From the NCBI GenBank assembly GCA_018398765.1, contig JAHBMJ010000124.1, positions 62,001-126,000 on the forward strand: a DNA stretch of 64,000 bases, given 5' to 3'. The stretch is from Chromera velia (Eukaryota). A program made the translations under genes and the position numbers. Positions 1 through 11,355 of the stretch are shown here, one piece after another (position 1 is the stretch's first letter; every line of letters begins with the position of its first letter). The notes under the pieces are model-generated. The model was not told the DNA's origin. It did not search any database and saw nothing but the letters and a program-made list of their open reading frames with translations.

Positions 1-519
1 AAAGTGTTCAAAATTTGGTAAATTACCCATAGTGGTACATAAATTGTAACTGAAATTACGTAAGTTTACACATTTTTTTTTCTTTTGTTTCTATCTCTAA
101 TTTTATATGTCCAACTGCAAATGAGGCTTTGAATAAACGTAAGTCTTTTCGGTTTTCCTACTAAATCTCTCTCCAACAAGAATTTTACAGAAACGTAAAC
201 TCACAATGTATTACTATGGTGAATATATTAAAAATTCTGCTAGAAATTCCTTGTGACTCGGAGGAAGTCTTTGTTGTTTTTTGTTCAAATGTTATAAACT
301 TCATCCTCCATCCTCCTCCAAATGATTCTGATTTAAATTTCACATTTTAGGAAGGAAAACATTCTTTGTGGTCTAGGAAAAGCCAGCATCCAAGCATATG
401 AAAACAGAAAAGAAAACTAGAGAAATAAAACTGGAACAGACGTCAGGCTGAGCTTTTGTACGGAATTATCAATCAGACGAGATTTAGAGCATATTGTTTG
501 TTCCAATAAGGGGTCATAC

Positions 520-1590
520 ACGCAGACAGACAAGAAAGATGAAGACTGAAAGGTCGTTATATGAGGAGACAGGGAAGATGAAAGTGAAGCGGACTTTCTG
601 CAAGCAGACGGGCTAGCAAATAGGATGAGGCCCTTAACACGCAGACAGGAAAGATGAAAGCTAGCGGAAAGTAGTCATGCAAGCCGGTAAGATAGACAAA
701 AGTGGAGAGTCGTCATGTTCGACAGCGCACGACAGAAGAAAGTAGAGACCCACCAAGCAAGCAAAAAAGAAAGATGGGAATATGAAAGTGGAGAGGCCGT
801 CGTGCAAGAAGAAAGAAAGAAAGATGGAAGTGAAGAGGCCGTCATACAAACAGACAGAGAGACGGAAGTGGAGAGGCCATCATACAAATAGACAGAAAGA
901 TGAAAGTGAAGAGGCCGTCGTGCAAGAAGACAGAACGATTAAAGTAGAGAGGCCGTCATACAAACAGACAGAAAGATAGAAGCGGAGAGGCCATCGTGCA
1001 AATAGACAGAAAGATGGAAGTGGAGAGGCCGTCATGCAAACAGACAAAAAGATGGAAGTGGAGAGGTCGTCATGCAAACAGACAGAAAGATGGAAGTGGA
1101 AAGGCCGTCGTGCAAACAGACAGAAAGACGAAAGTGGAGAGGCGCCATGCAAACAGAAGATGGAAGTGGAGAGGCGCCATGCAAATCGACAGAAAGATGG
1201 AAGCGGAGAGGCGCCATGCAAACAGACAGAAAAATGAAAGTCGAGAGGCCGTCACACAAACAGACAGAAAGATGAAAGTGGAGAGGCCGTCATGCAAACA
1301 GACAGAAAGACGAAAGTGGAAAGGCCGTCATGCAAACAGACAAAAAGATGGAAGTGGAGAGGCTGTCGTGTAAAACAGACAGAAAGATGAAAGTAGAGAG
1401 GCTGTCATGTAAAGAGACAGAAAGATAAAAATGAAAAGGCCGTCACGCAAACAGACAGAAAGATGAAAGTGGAGAGGCCACCATGTAAATAGACAGAAAG
1501 ATGAAAGTGGAGAGGCCGTCATGCAAACAGACAGAAAGATGGAAGTAGAGAGGCCGTCATTCAAGCAGGAAGGGTGAAAGTGGAGAGAAG
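520..1590. repeat. Minisatellite, ~39-bp unit (cagacagaaagatgaaagtggagaggccgtcatgcaaa), degenerate at both ends
   Basis: The unit recurs in tandem through the interval. The overlapping short ORFs here are repeat translations. Confidence 0.95.
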
Positions 1591-2989
1591 TTCAACGTCT
1601 GCATGTTTATCTTCATATAGGACTTCTGGCCTGAAGATTTGATCTTCTCACCACGTGTTCAGACAGAAGCTTGATTAAACTATGTATGCAGAGTTCGTAG
1701 CAAGGTCAGTCAAAAAACTGCTGCTTAGCTGTATACACAGACGCAGGATTGACTGCAAATTTGGACCTACTGGTGGGCCTGTTACCTCCATCCTGCAGAT
1801 GTACAGGAGAATATGCACTGTGTCTGTCCCATACCAGTTCTTTTTTGCCATCGAAGATCCTATAGCTTAATTGAATGCATTGGATCGATCTTGTGCCGTG
1901 CACTGCGCCGTCCCACACATATTGCTTGAGGGGCACGTTTCTCTCTGCATGTTGTGCGGAGGGATGGATTGTTTTCTCGCAATCGTTCGCACGGAGGCCG
2001 CCAATTGAGTTGCATACTTGCGTCAAAGAGTTAATCCCACACAGGTTGTTTGAGGGGCACGTTTCTTAAAGTTTTCGCGGATACAGTTATGTGCATCGCT
2101 CGAACTTTCCGCAACCGTTGGCAATCGTTGGCACGAACTTTCCGCGATCGTTTGCACAGAGCTGTTGTATTACACGTTGCGTGACGGATGGGTGTCGTGA
2201 TCAGGCTTCACTCGCGCGCGTTACCCTTCGAGCCAGGTCGCGGGGGTATACAGAACTAGACAAGAACCGAGGCCCTGGGCCCCGGCATATGACATGCAAG
2301 TGTTGCAAACACAACGCTTAACCTTGTCAGGACCGTTAAGACGTATCTAAAACACTGAACAAGCTTTTGAGACATCCCTGACGCTATGGAATTAGTGATA
2401 TATGCATCGACTTGCTCTGCATATGACATTAATTTCTTCCAGGGCACCGCATGGTTGAACGTCTCTGATTCAGAGTTTAAACGGTGGCGTCTTGGGCCTA
2501 CAAACAAGGTGCCTTCGCGTAGGCAATGCAAAATCAGGGATGGGAGTGGGGGTTCCTTGGACCTAGGTGCGCATCGGGTTGCATAATGCCTGGAGGGAGG
2601 CGGGTTTTCCTTGCAGGGGCCCAGAGCGCGCGTGTCTGCCCCACGTGGCGCCCAAACATGACCCGGCTGGAGTGCATGGGAACCCCCGTCACTCTCTGGC
2701 TCCGCGGCCCAGAGATGGGACGCCAGGCCAGCGTCGTGCGCCCGCACGTCGGCAGCATCCCCTCTAACCCTGACGTCGTCGGGGTCTGAGGTCTGGGCGG
2801 TATTTTTCTCTTCTCTGTCAGCTAGCTGCGATTCAAGATGATTCAAGGAGGTCGAGGCCTCGATTGATTTCAAAAGCAAAGACGTTCGACATTCGGACAC
2901 GTTTGGTATTGCTTCTATTCCCAGCACCCGCTTCATCTGCTTCATCTGCAAAGGCCTTTCTATAGTTTCAGCTGTTTGTTCCCGCAAAG

Positions 2990-5431
2990 ATGGGCAGCCC
3001 CGCGGCGTCTCCTGTGTGGGAGGGCGAGAGTGGAGATGAGGCGGTGTTCAGGCGTGCCCCTTCTCAGGAGGCTTTGAAAACGTTTGTGAAGACTTTTGGG
3101 AAGAAGGTGCGGGTGTTGACTGTACAAGAAGAGGACTGGGCCAACTCGAAGTCATTGGATTTAGGCGAAATCCCTCCTCTACCTAATCTGAAGAAACTGC
3201 ACATTGTGGGGGTGGGGCATGTGCGTGTGGCGCTGAACGCGAAAACCGCGCCTGAGTTGGAGGAGCTCCGCCTCTTTGGTGTGGAGCGCGTGCAGACCTT
3301 CACTCTCCGCCTACCGAATCTGCGCGCCCTCTACGCAGAGCACTGCTTCCTTGACGCCTCTCCCGGGGCTTTCGGTCGGGCTCTGACAAACTGCCCAAAG
3401 CTGCAGACTGTAAAGGCATACAAGTTTAGAGGTCTGGACGGAAAGAACCTCTGCATCCTGCCCGAGTGTAGAATTCTGTATCTGCACCGTTCGGAGCTGA
3501 CAACTCAGCTAGAGATCGTCTTCGCCCCCCGTCTCCGCCGTCTCTCCATCAGAGCTTCGTATGAGCTCAAACACCTGCGTGTCTGGGACCTCCCGGGGGT
3601 CTCATTGAAGGAGATGGATGAGTGGGGGAAGAAGCGGGCACAGGCTATCAGAGAAGCGACTGAGACACAAAAAGAGGAGCAGAAAAAGTGGATGAGCGGC
3701 GTCTATGGAAAGGATGAGGCAGTCCGTCGGGGGTGGTGCGGGGCCGATGAGGAGTGGAAGATTGACAGTCACACCAAATTCGTCAGTCAGCCTCTGGACT
3801 TAATTTTTCTTTTTTTAATGGACGTATGAGACAGTCAGACAAACGGACAGACCGTTATCCAGTCAGCCAGACCAGCAATGAGACTGATCGATACACGAGG
3901 CCCGTATCAAGTCTCATCTCTGTACATGTCTGTCTATCTGTATGTATGTGCGTATGAAAGTAAGTATGTGTAGATGTGTCTCGTTTCGTCTTTCAAAAGA
4001 TGTACAACTAGTAGTTCCTCCTTCTTGTACCTTCTTTTCTTTTGGCTTTGTTTCCTTTTTTCATTCTCGAATTCCTTCCCGCAGTGACTGAAGGGGGAGA
4101 GAGAGAGAGAGCATCTGTGCGGGCATGCCATCGTTCGAGGAAATCCATTGATTGATGTTAATAAATGGATGGATGAATGGATGTGTGCAGCCGCTGGAGG
4201 AACACTACAAGGCCAAAAAGAAACAGCAAGTGACCAAAGCGGTCGAAGTCTTCAACAGATCATGGGAGGATTTCGCAGCTGCACACAGGGCAGAGGCTGC
4301 TTCATCTTCTTCCTCTTCCTCACAAGCGGCTCCTTCGCCTTCCCGGTGCCTCGTGAATGTGTTGAATGTCACCCTGTCCAGAGAGACGAAAGAGCATTTG
4401 AGAAATCATCCCCGACTCGTACCGGTGTCGGATGAAGACTTCGAAGAAGTTGACTCGGAGGGAGACGGGGAAAACGGAGCGGGCGTTCCTCGAGAAGGCA
4501 ACGTGCCTGAAATGGAGGAAGAGGAAGATTTCTATGACCGCGAACTTCGGGCGGTCAGCTGCTTGTTCTTTCTTTCTTTCTTTCTTTCTTTCTTTTCTTT
4601 CTTTCTTTTCTTTCTTTCTTTCTTTCTTTCTTTTCTTTCTTTCTTTCTTTCCTTCCTTCCTTCCTTCCTTCCTTCCTTCGTTCGTTCGTTCCTTCTTCCT
4701 TTGTTTCTTTCTGTCAGTCTTTCTTTCTGTCAACCTTACGTTAGAAAAAACATCTAGTCTGTCTTTCTCTCTCTTTCTTTTTTCCTTTCCGCCGGAATTT
4801 TATTTTTTCGCTGTTTGTATTCTTTCTTTTTTCATCATGTTCAAAAAAGCCTCTTTTTTCTTTCTGCGTCTCATTTTTGTTTCTTACGAGCCGCCTTTTG
4901 TTTTTCTGTGCCCAATTCCTCTCTCTTTTTCTTTGCCCCCTTTCTTTCTCCCCCCGCTTTATCAAGGGGTCCTCCCTTGTAATCACTTGAAAAAATGACG
5001 ATTGCTTTGCTGCACGGCGGTTCCTTTTTGCCTCTATGCATACTTATATGAATTGACTGTTCTTTTCGTTCGACGTACAGTTTCGGGAATCCGACCGTCC
5101 AATGGACCCTAGACTGGACTCCCACATGAGAACGATAGCCCTCCGAATGGAGCTCCACTCACGGCTGGAGAAGGGCCTCGAAGTGTCTGACGAACTCATC
5201 GACAGGGTCACGGAGACGCGTATGCCAGGACCAGGAAAGAAGAGGAGAAGGGGTGAGCACCCTGCAGAGAGCTCTGCCAGTGGGGCATCTGCATCATCGG
5301 GGTCTCAGTCTGCACGTGCGCGGCAGGGGGGTGAGGGGGAAGAGGAGAGACCCGTTTCGTTTCTCCGTCGGGATATGAAGGAGGAAAGTGAAGACGAAGA
5401 CGAGGCAATGGATGGTGCTGATGATGAGTAG
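2990..5431 (+). CDS. Leucine-rich-repeat protein, 3 exons (2990-3781, 4191-4553, 5081-5431), ~501 aa, with acidic low-complexity C-terminus
   Basis: LxxLxL repeats (LPNLKKLHI, APELEELRL, LPNLRALYA, CPKLQTVKA, APRLRRLSI). Donors GTCAGT (3782) and GTCAGC (4554) and CAG acceptors keep phase 0 into ORFs 4152 and 5102. Confidence 0.8.
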
Positions 5432-6316
5432 ATGTGTGACGTGCATGTGCATGGGTCGGTGTGCGAGCGGATGCGACCGCCCCGACCGGCCCTGTCTTCT
5501 GGGACCGATTGGGAAGCATGCGGTGTGTGTGTGTGTGTGCGCGCGCGCGCGCGCGTGCGTGCGTGCTTTGCGAGACCGAGGTTCAAATGAGCGCGTGCGC
5601 TGTAGCTACGCGAATCAGCTGTTGGAGTTGCGATGTATCACGATGTGTCAATGTGACGTCAGACCAACGCTGCATGTCTAATAGCATGCATGTGAGACAT
5701 TCATCGAGGGACAACTTCAACCCACTGGCAGGACAAGCATTTGCATTTGGCGTGAGTCGGTGCTGCATTGCGCTTCATGACACAGTGGCTGACTATCGCG
5801 TGTGCGTAGGTTGAGGTGCCAGCGTGAGCGAGCGCCCCGCTTTTCTGCATCAACTCTAGCATCAACTGTGATTGAGGCTAGGATTGAGGCGGTCCGTGCG
5901 TGTGCCTTTCCGGCGCTGAGATCAAAATGAGCACGTGTAGCATGCGTTTTAGCCATACATGAAGCAGTTGTTGTATTTCTGTTGCATCAGCGTGACACTG
6001 AGCCTAGCACTGAGCTTGACACTGAAGTTCACAGCTTCAAGTTGTGAGATTAGACTAATGGCAATCAATTAAGAGAGTGAAAAGTCACGGTTAAATTAAA
6101 TTCAATTTAATTCAATTAAATTAATTAAATCGAAGTGCCAGTCATGGTGTTCAAAGCAGCGCTTAGAGAGCTAGTTAACCTCTTGAATTACTATAGTATA
6201 GTGGTAATTTACTATTGTTAATACTACTCCACAGCCAATTAAATGCCCAGTTTACTAAAAACTCCAGTTATGATTTTATGAGATTTAAAACTATATAACA
6301 TATTGAATTTTATGGC

Positions 6317-7768
6317 TAGTGACCAGATTTAATTTGATAGGATTTGATTTGATTTGATTTGAGCTTCAAGCTCAAATCTGACCAGATTTAAGGTAAATTT
6401 GAAGTTGAAGTCTAGAGGTCACTCTTGACAGCACTGAAGACGACATGACATACTAGATGACATAGTCGACACCACTAGCAAATCCTAGAAAGCCCTACAG
6501 ACTAGCCTATAGACAAGAAAATCACTAAAAACTAGACTAAAAGCTAAATTAAGACTCTCAATTTTTTTAAAATTAAGAAGCTATTGTCGAAGCTAAGAGC
6601 TTACATAAGTTTTTATCTTAGAGTCCGTAAAGCTTCAGAGCGCTTCAGAGGTAAAGCATGCAGCGTGAGAGAACTGCGTGCATCATTATTTCAGTACCCC
6701 GCCTGTGCGCACGGATTTTCGCTTTATAAGGTATGCAATGAGTCATTTTCCGGGGCCATCAATCTGCCCGTCGATTGATCACCGCGGTCCATTCGATATG
6801 ATCTCTTCACTGTCCAAACAACTAAAGCGTGGTTTGCTTTGGACACTATCGATTCTAAGAATTCAAGTGGATCCGATTGCGCGGTTTGAAGTGGATAGAA
6901 AGTTTGCTCTTTGTCTTCGCGTCTAGACTTCATCTTGATTGATCGATCGATTTCTCGGATACTTCGAAGATCTTTGTGTTCTTGTGGGCATCTGCCGGAT
7001 TGACATTCTTCATTTCTATTCGTAAGTCCAACTATGTTCAGTTGACTTCTCTCTTTCTTCTTCGAATAAGTTTAGGTGCTTCATCTAGATCATCCTAAAC
7101 TTATCGTGGTGCCGGCTCCCCCGTAAAGCTTCAGAGCGCTTCAGAGGTAAAGCGTGCAGCGTGAGAGAACTGCGTGCGTTATTATTTCAGTACCCCGCCT
7201 GTGCGCGCGGATTTTCGCTTTATGAAGCATGCAATGAGTCATTTTCCGGGGCTATCAATCTGCCTGTCGATTGATCACCGCGGTCCATTCGATATGATCT
7301 CTTCGCTGTCCAAGCAACTGAAGCGTGGTTTGCTTTGGACACTATCGATTCTAAGAATTCGAGTGGATCCGATTGCACGGTTTGAAGTGGATAGAAAGTT
7401 TGCTCTTTGTCTTCGCGTCTAGACTTCATCTTGATTGATCGATCGATTTCTCGGATACTTCGAAGATCTTCGTGTTCTAGTTCGCGTTCTTGTGGGCATC
7501 TGCCGGATTGACATTCTTCATTTCTATTCTGAATCGTAAGTCCAACTATATTCAGTTGACTTCTCTCTTTCTTCTTCAAATAAGTTTTGGTGCTTTATCT
7601 ACAGAGTCACCTCGAAGATTTGAGGTTAAAGGGTCAGATTTGAAGTAGATTTGATAGGATTTGATAGGCCTTATCATGAATTATAATTCTATCATGCTAA
7701 AGCTTCTCAGGACTAAGATTTGATTTGACGTTAAACCCTACTTCAAATCAAATCAAATCTGGTCACTA
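6317..7768. mobile_element. Non-autonomous TIR DNA transposon (hAT-like)
   Basis: Termini TAGTGACCAGATTT...AAATCTGGTCACTA with subterminal (GATTT)n. The 8-bp flanks tttatggc/tttatagc match at 7 of 8 positions. Confidence 0.8.
6625..7600. repeat. ~496-bp tandem duplication inside the TIR element
   Basis: ccgtaaagcttcagagcgcttcagagg starts at 6625 and 7121. ORFs 6678 and 7174 are nearly identical. Confidence 0.95.
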
Positions 7769-9249
7769 TTTATAGCATGTTAACAAGGATTTTAGATAAT
7801 TTAATTTAATTTTATGGGATGTTCGGTAGCCTTAAGTTTAGGAATTGATGGCTAATCGTCCTTAATTCCTTCTACCCGATTGTGGCCGCGGCTACCACTG
7901 CCCCTCCCTCAATGCTTACTCTTCGCACCTCCCCCCTGGTGCCCCTAAAGCACCCGTTGGCTGCCCTGTGGGGTGCCATCTGCATTTAGATTTGTTGTTG
8001 TACTAAAGTACTAGTTGTTATAATGCTAATTTAGTAAAAAGAGTTAGACTTTCATAGAAACTTTCATTTTAATTTTTATTATTGAATTTTATAAGTTATT
8101 TTTTGCTTAATTTAACCTAATTCGGTAACCAAAATATATTTGCCCAAAGATATGTTTGAGCACAATTTTTTTTTAGTTGATCACAAAAATTAATAAGGGT
8201 TTTATTTGTTTATTGTTTTCTAAATTGTTTTCAAACTGCATGTATTTGATTTTTTATACTCTTTACATGTTTGTGGCTGAGTTTGGGATCGAAACACAGT
8301 CCAGCAAATGAAACAGGACCAGAGTTTGAGAGTGAATAGTGACACGAGAGATTTTTGAAAAGATAGCTAGAGCTCAGGGCAGAACAAGCCGAAACAAGCA
8401 TGCATGACGATAGATGCATCTGACCCTCCGGCTCTCTTTCTCTCTCTTTGACTGACCAGCTGCCAATGGCCCAATGGTCAGTGTCAAAGTCTCCGTTTCT
8501 TTATCAGCCATCTGTATGTATGCGAAGCTAGATGCGAAGTCGGTTGAACCATCGATCTGGAACCCCCAACGCCCGGCTTTATAATTCAATTTGCCGTACG
8601 TATACCTGTTACCCGCTCCATCTGGCATTCCGTCTACCCACTATTTATTCTCCAATCCCCCTTTCCTCCCTTTCTTCCCTCCCAGGGTCTCTCTCTATAG
8701 TGCCCCCCTTAAAAGACGGCGGCGGGCAAACATCGGTCAAATCAGATCAGTTGAGGACAATGTCCCAGTAGCTTCTCCTTGGGGGGACAATCCTTCCCCC
8801 CCCCCCACTCCCATCCTTCATAGGATTCCCACGCGAACGTAAGGTGGCCGATCCACCGATAGTACTGCTCAAATGAGGGGCAAAAGAAGTAATCTTCCTT
8901 CCACCCCTCACCATGAATCGACTGTTTCTTATCTTTCCAAGCATAGGGCTTTGTGTTCGTCCACCCTTTCCCTCCCCTGTAAAACAATGTCTTCTTGGAG
9001 TCCTCCTTTCCCTTCACCCCGTAGCATAGGCACCCATACACACGAGAGAAGAAATACATAGGATCATCATCTTCACTGAGAGACCCAGCAGACCTGGACA
9101 TACAGTCAGTCTCACTGCTCTGCACATTGGTCAAAGAAACAGACTTCTTTCGGCCGTGGTTGCCCCCCCGATGGTGTGTCCCTCTAGTGCATGGTTTTAT
9201 CCCCTTATTGCATTTCCTGACCTCTCCTTTCATGGCTTTATCTGTAAGC

Positions 9250-10805
9250 AGCTGTTTTTGCAGCTGCTGAGTGAGGCGGAACGATCGGAACGCAGTTTAA
9301 ATCAACCAAGCAGAGTCATCCTCCTTCTGTTGCTGCTGTTGCTGCAGTTGCTGAGTGAGGCGGAACGATCGGAAGGCAGTTTGAATCAACCAAGCAGAGT
9401 CATCCTCTTTCTGTTGCTATAGCTGCTGAGTGAAGCGGAACGATCGGAAGGCAGTTTGAATAAACCGTGCAGAGTCATCCTCCTTCTGTTGCTGCTGTCG
9501 CTGTAGCTGCTGAGTGAGGCGGAACGATTGGAAGGCAGTTTAAATCAGCCGTGCAGAGTCATCCTCCTTCTGTTGCTGCTGTTGCTGCAGCTGCTGCAGC
9601 TGCTGAGTGAGGCGGAACGATCGGAAGGCAGTTTAAATGAGCCGTGCAGAGTCATCCTCCTTCTGTTGCTGCTGCAGCTGCTGCAGCTGCTAAGTGAGGC
9701 GGAACGATCGGAAGGCAGTTTGAATCAGCCGTGCAGAGTCATCCTCCTTCTGTTGCTGCTGTTACTACAGCTGCTGAGTGAGGCAGAACGATCGGAAAGC
9801 AGTTTGAATCAGCCGAGCAGAGTTGTCCTCTTTCTGTTGCTGCTGTTGCTGTAGCTGCTGAGTGAGGTGGAATGATCGGAAGGCAGTTTGAATAAGCCGT
9901 GCAGAGTTATCTTCCTTCTGTTGCTGCTGTTTCTGCACTGCCAGCTGCTGAGTGAGGCGGAACGATTGGAAGGCAGTTTGAATCAGCCGTGCAAAGTCAT
10001 CCTCCTGCTGTTGCTGCTGTTGCTACAGCTGCTGAGTGAGGCAGAACGATCGGAAGGCAGTTTGAATCAGCCGTGCAGAGTCATCCTCCTTCTGTTGCTA
10101 CTATTGCTGCAGCTGCTGCAGCTGCTGAGTGAGGCGGAACGATCGGAAGGCAGTTTGAATCAGCCGTGCAAAGTCATCCTCCTGCTGTTGCTGCTGTTGC
10201 TACAGCTGCTGAGTGAGGCAGAACGATCGGAAGGCAGTTTGAATCAGCCGTGCAGAGTCATCCTCCTTCTGTTGCTGTTGCTGCAGCTGCTGCAGCTGCT
10301 GAGTGAGGCGGAACGATCGGAAGGCAGTTTGAATCAGCCGTGCAGAGTCATCCTCCTTCTGTTGCTGCTGTCGCTGCAGCTGCTGAGTGAGGCGGAACGA
10401 TCGAAAGGCAGTTTGAATCAGCCATGTAGAGTCATCCTCCTTCTGTTGCTGCTGTTGCTACAGCTGCTGAGTGAGGCAGAACGATCGGAAGGCAGTTTGA
10501 ATCAGCCGAGCAGAGTTATCCTCTTTCTGTTGCTGCTGTTGCTGTAGCTGCTGAGTGAGGTGGAATGATCGGAAGGCAGTTTAAATAAGCCGTGCAGAGT
10601 CATCCTCCTTCTGTTGCTGCTGTTTCTACACTGCCAGCTGCTGAGTGAGGCAGAACGATTGGAAGGCAGTTTGAATTAGCCCAGCAGAGTCGTCCTCCTT
10701 CCGTTGCTGCTGTTGCTGCAGCTGCTGAGTGATCGAGGCGGAACGATCGGAAGGCAGTTTGAATCAGCCGTGCAGAGTCATCCTCCTTCTGTTGCTGCTG
10801 TTACG
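9250..10805. repeat. Tandem array of 18 units of ~75-93 bp
   Basis: The core gagtgaggcggaacgatcggaaggcagtttgaatcagccgtgcagagtcatcctcc was counted 18 times. Length variation lies in the CTG/TTG triplet tract. Confidence 0.95.
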
Positions 10806-11019
10806 GCTTCTGCAGTATGAAGAAACAGACAAGGTCCCGACCACGATAGGGCAAATCCGTTGGGAAATACATAACAATGAGAAGAAGTCCGAATGATAAA
10901 AGGAACTCAAACAGGATCTCCAATAAGCCTGTGTCCCCCCCTCCCTGAGGGCCGGAGCGCGTATCAGATGCTCGCTTTGACAGCCCCGGGGGGAGGTTCC
11001 CAAATTTGCACCCTCAGAG

Positions 11020-11355
11020 GACTTTTCCGTCTCCTCGTTCTCAGCCGCTAGATGGAATTTAAGAGAAGAAACAGAGGTGGGGTTCTCTTCCATCTCCTCG
11101 TTCTCAACCGGTAGTTGGAATGCAGGGGAAGAAACGGGGGTGGGGGTCTCTTCCGTCTCCTTGTTCTCAGCCGGTAGTTGGAATGTAGGGGAAGAAACGG
11201 GGGTGGGGGCTCTTCCGTCTCCTCGTTCTTAGCCGGTGGTTGGAATGTAGAGGAAGAAACGGGGGTGGGGGCTCTTCCGTCTCCTCGTTCTCAGCGGGTA
11301 GTTGGAATGTAGGGGAAGAAACGGGGGTGGAGGTCTCTTCCATCTTCTTGTTTTC
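11020..11355. repeat. ~59-60-bp tandem repeat, about 5 copies
   Basis: ttccgtctcctcgttctcagccggtagttggaatgtaggggaagaaacgggggtggggg recurs. Confidence 0.9.

Noticed and set aside
520..1590. Regular repeats resembling a CRISPR array
   Set aside because: Units are contiguous with no unique spacers, no cas genes are present, and the context is eukaryotic.
2256..2987. 243-aa minus-strand ORF
   Set aside because: It has a non-ATG start, no recognisable motifs, and overlaps the putative promoter/leader of the LRR gene.
9156..10547. Plus-strand poly-Leu ORFs
   Set aside because: These look like the antisense shadow of the Gln/IQ-like frame, which connects to a unique downstream ORF.
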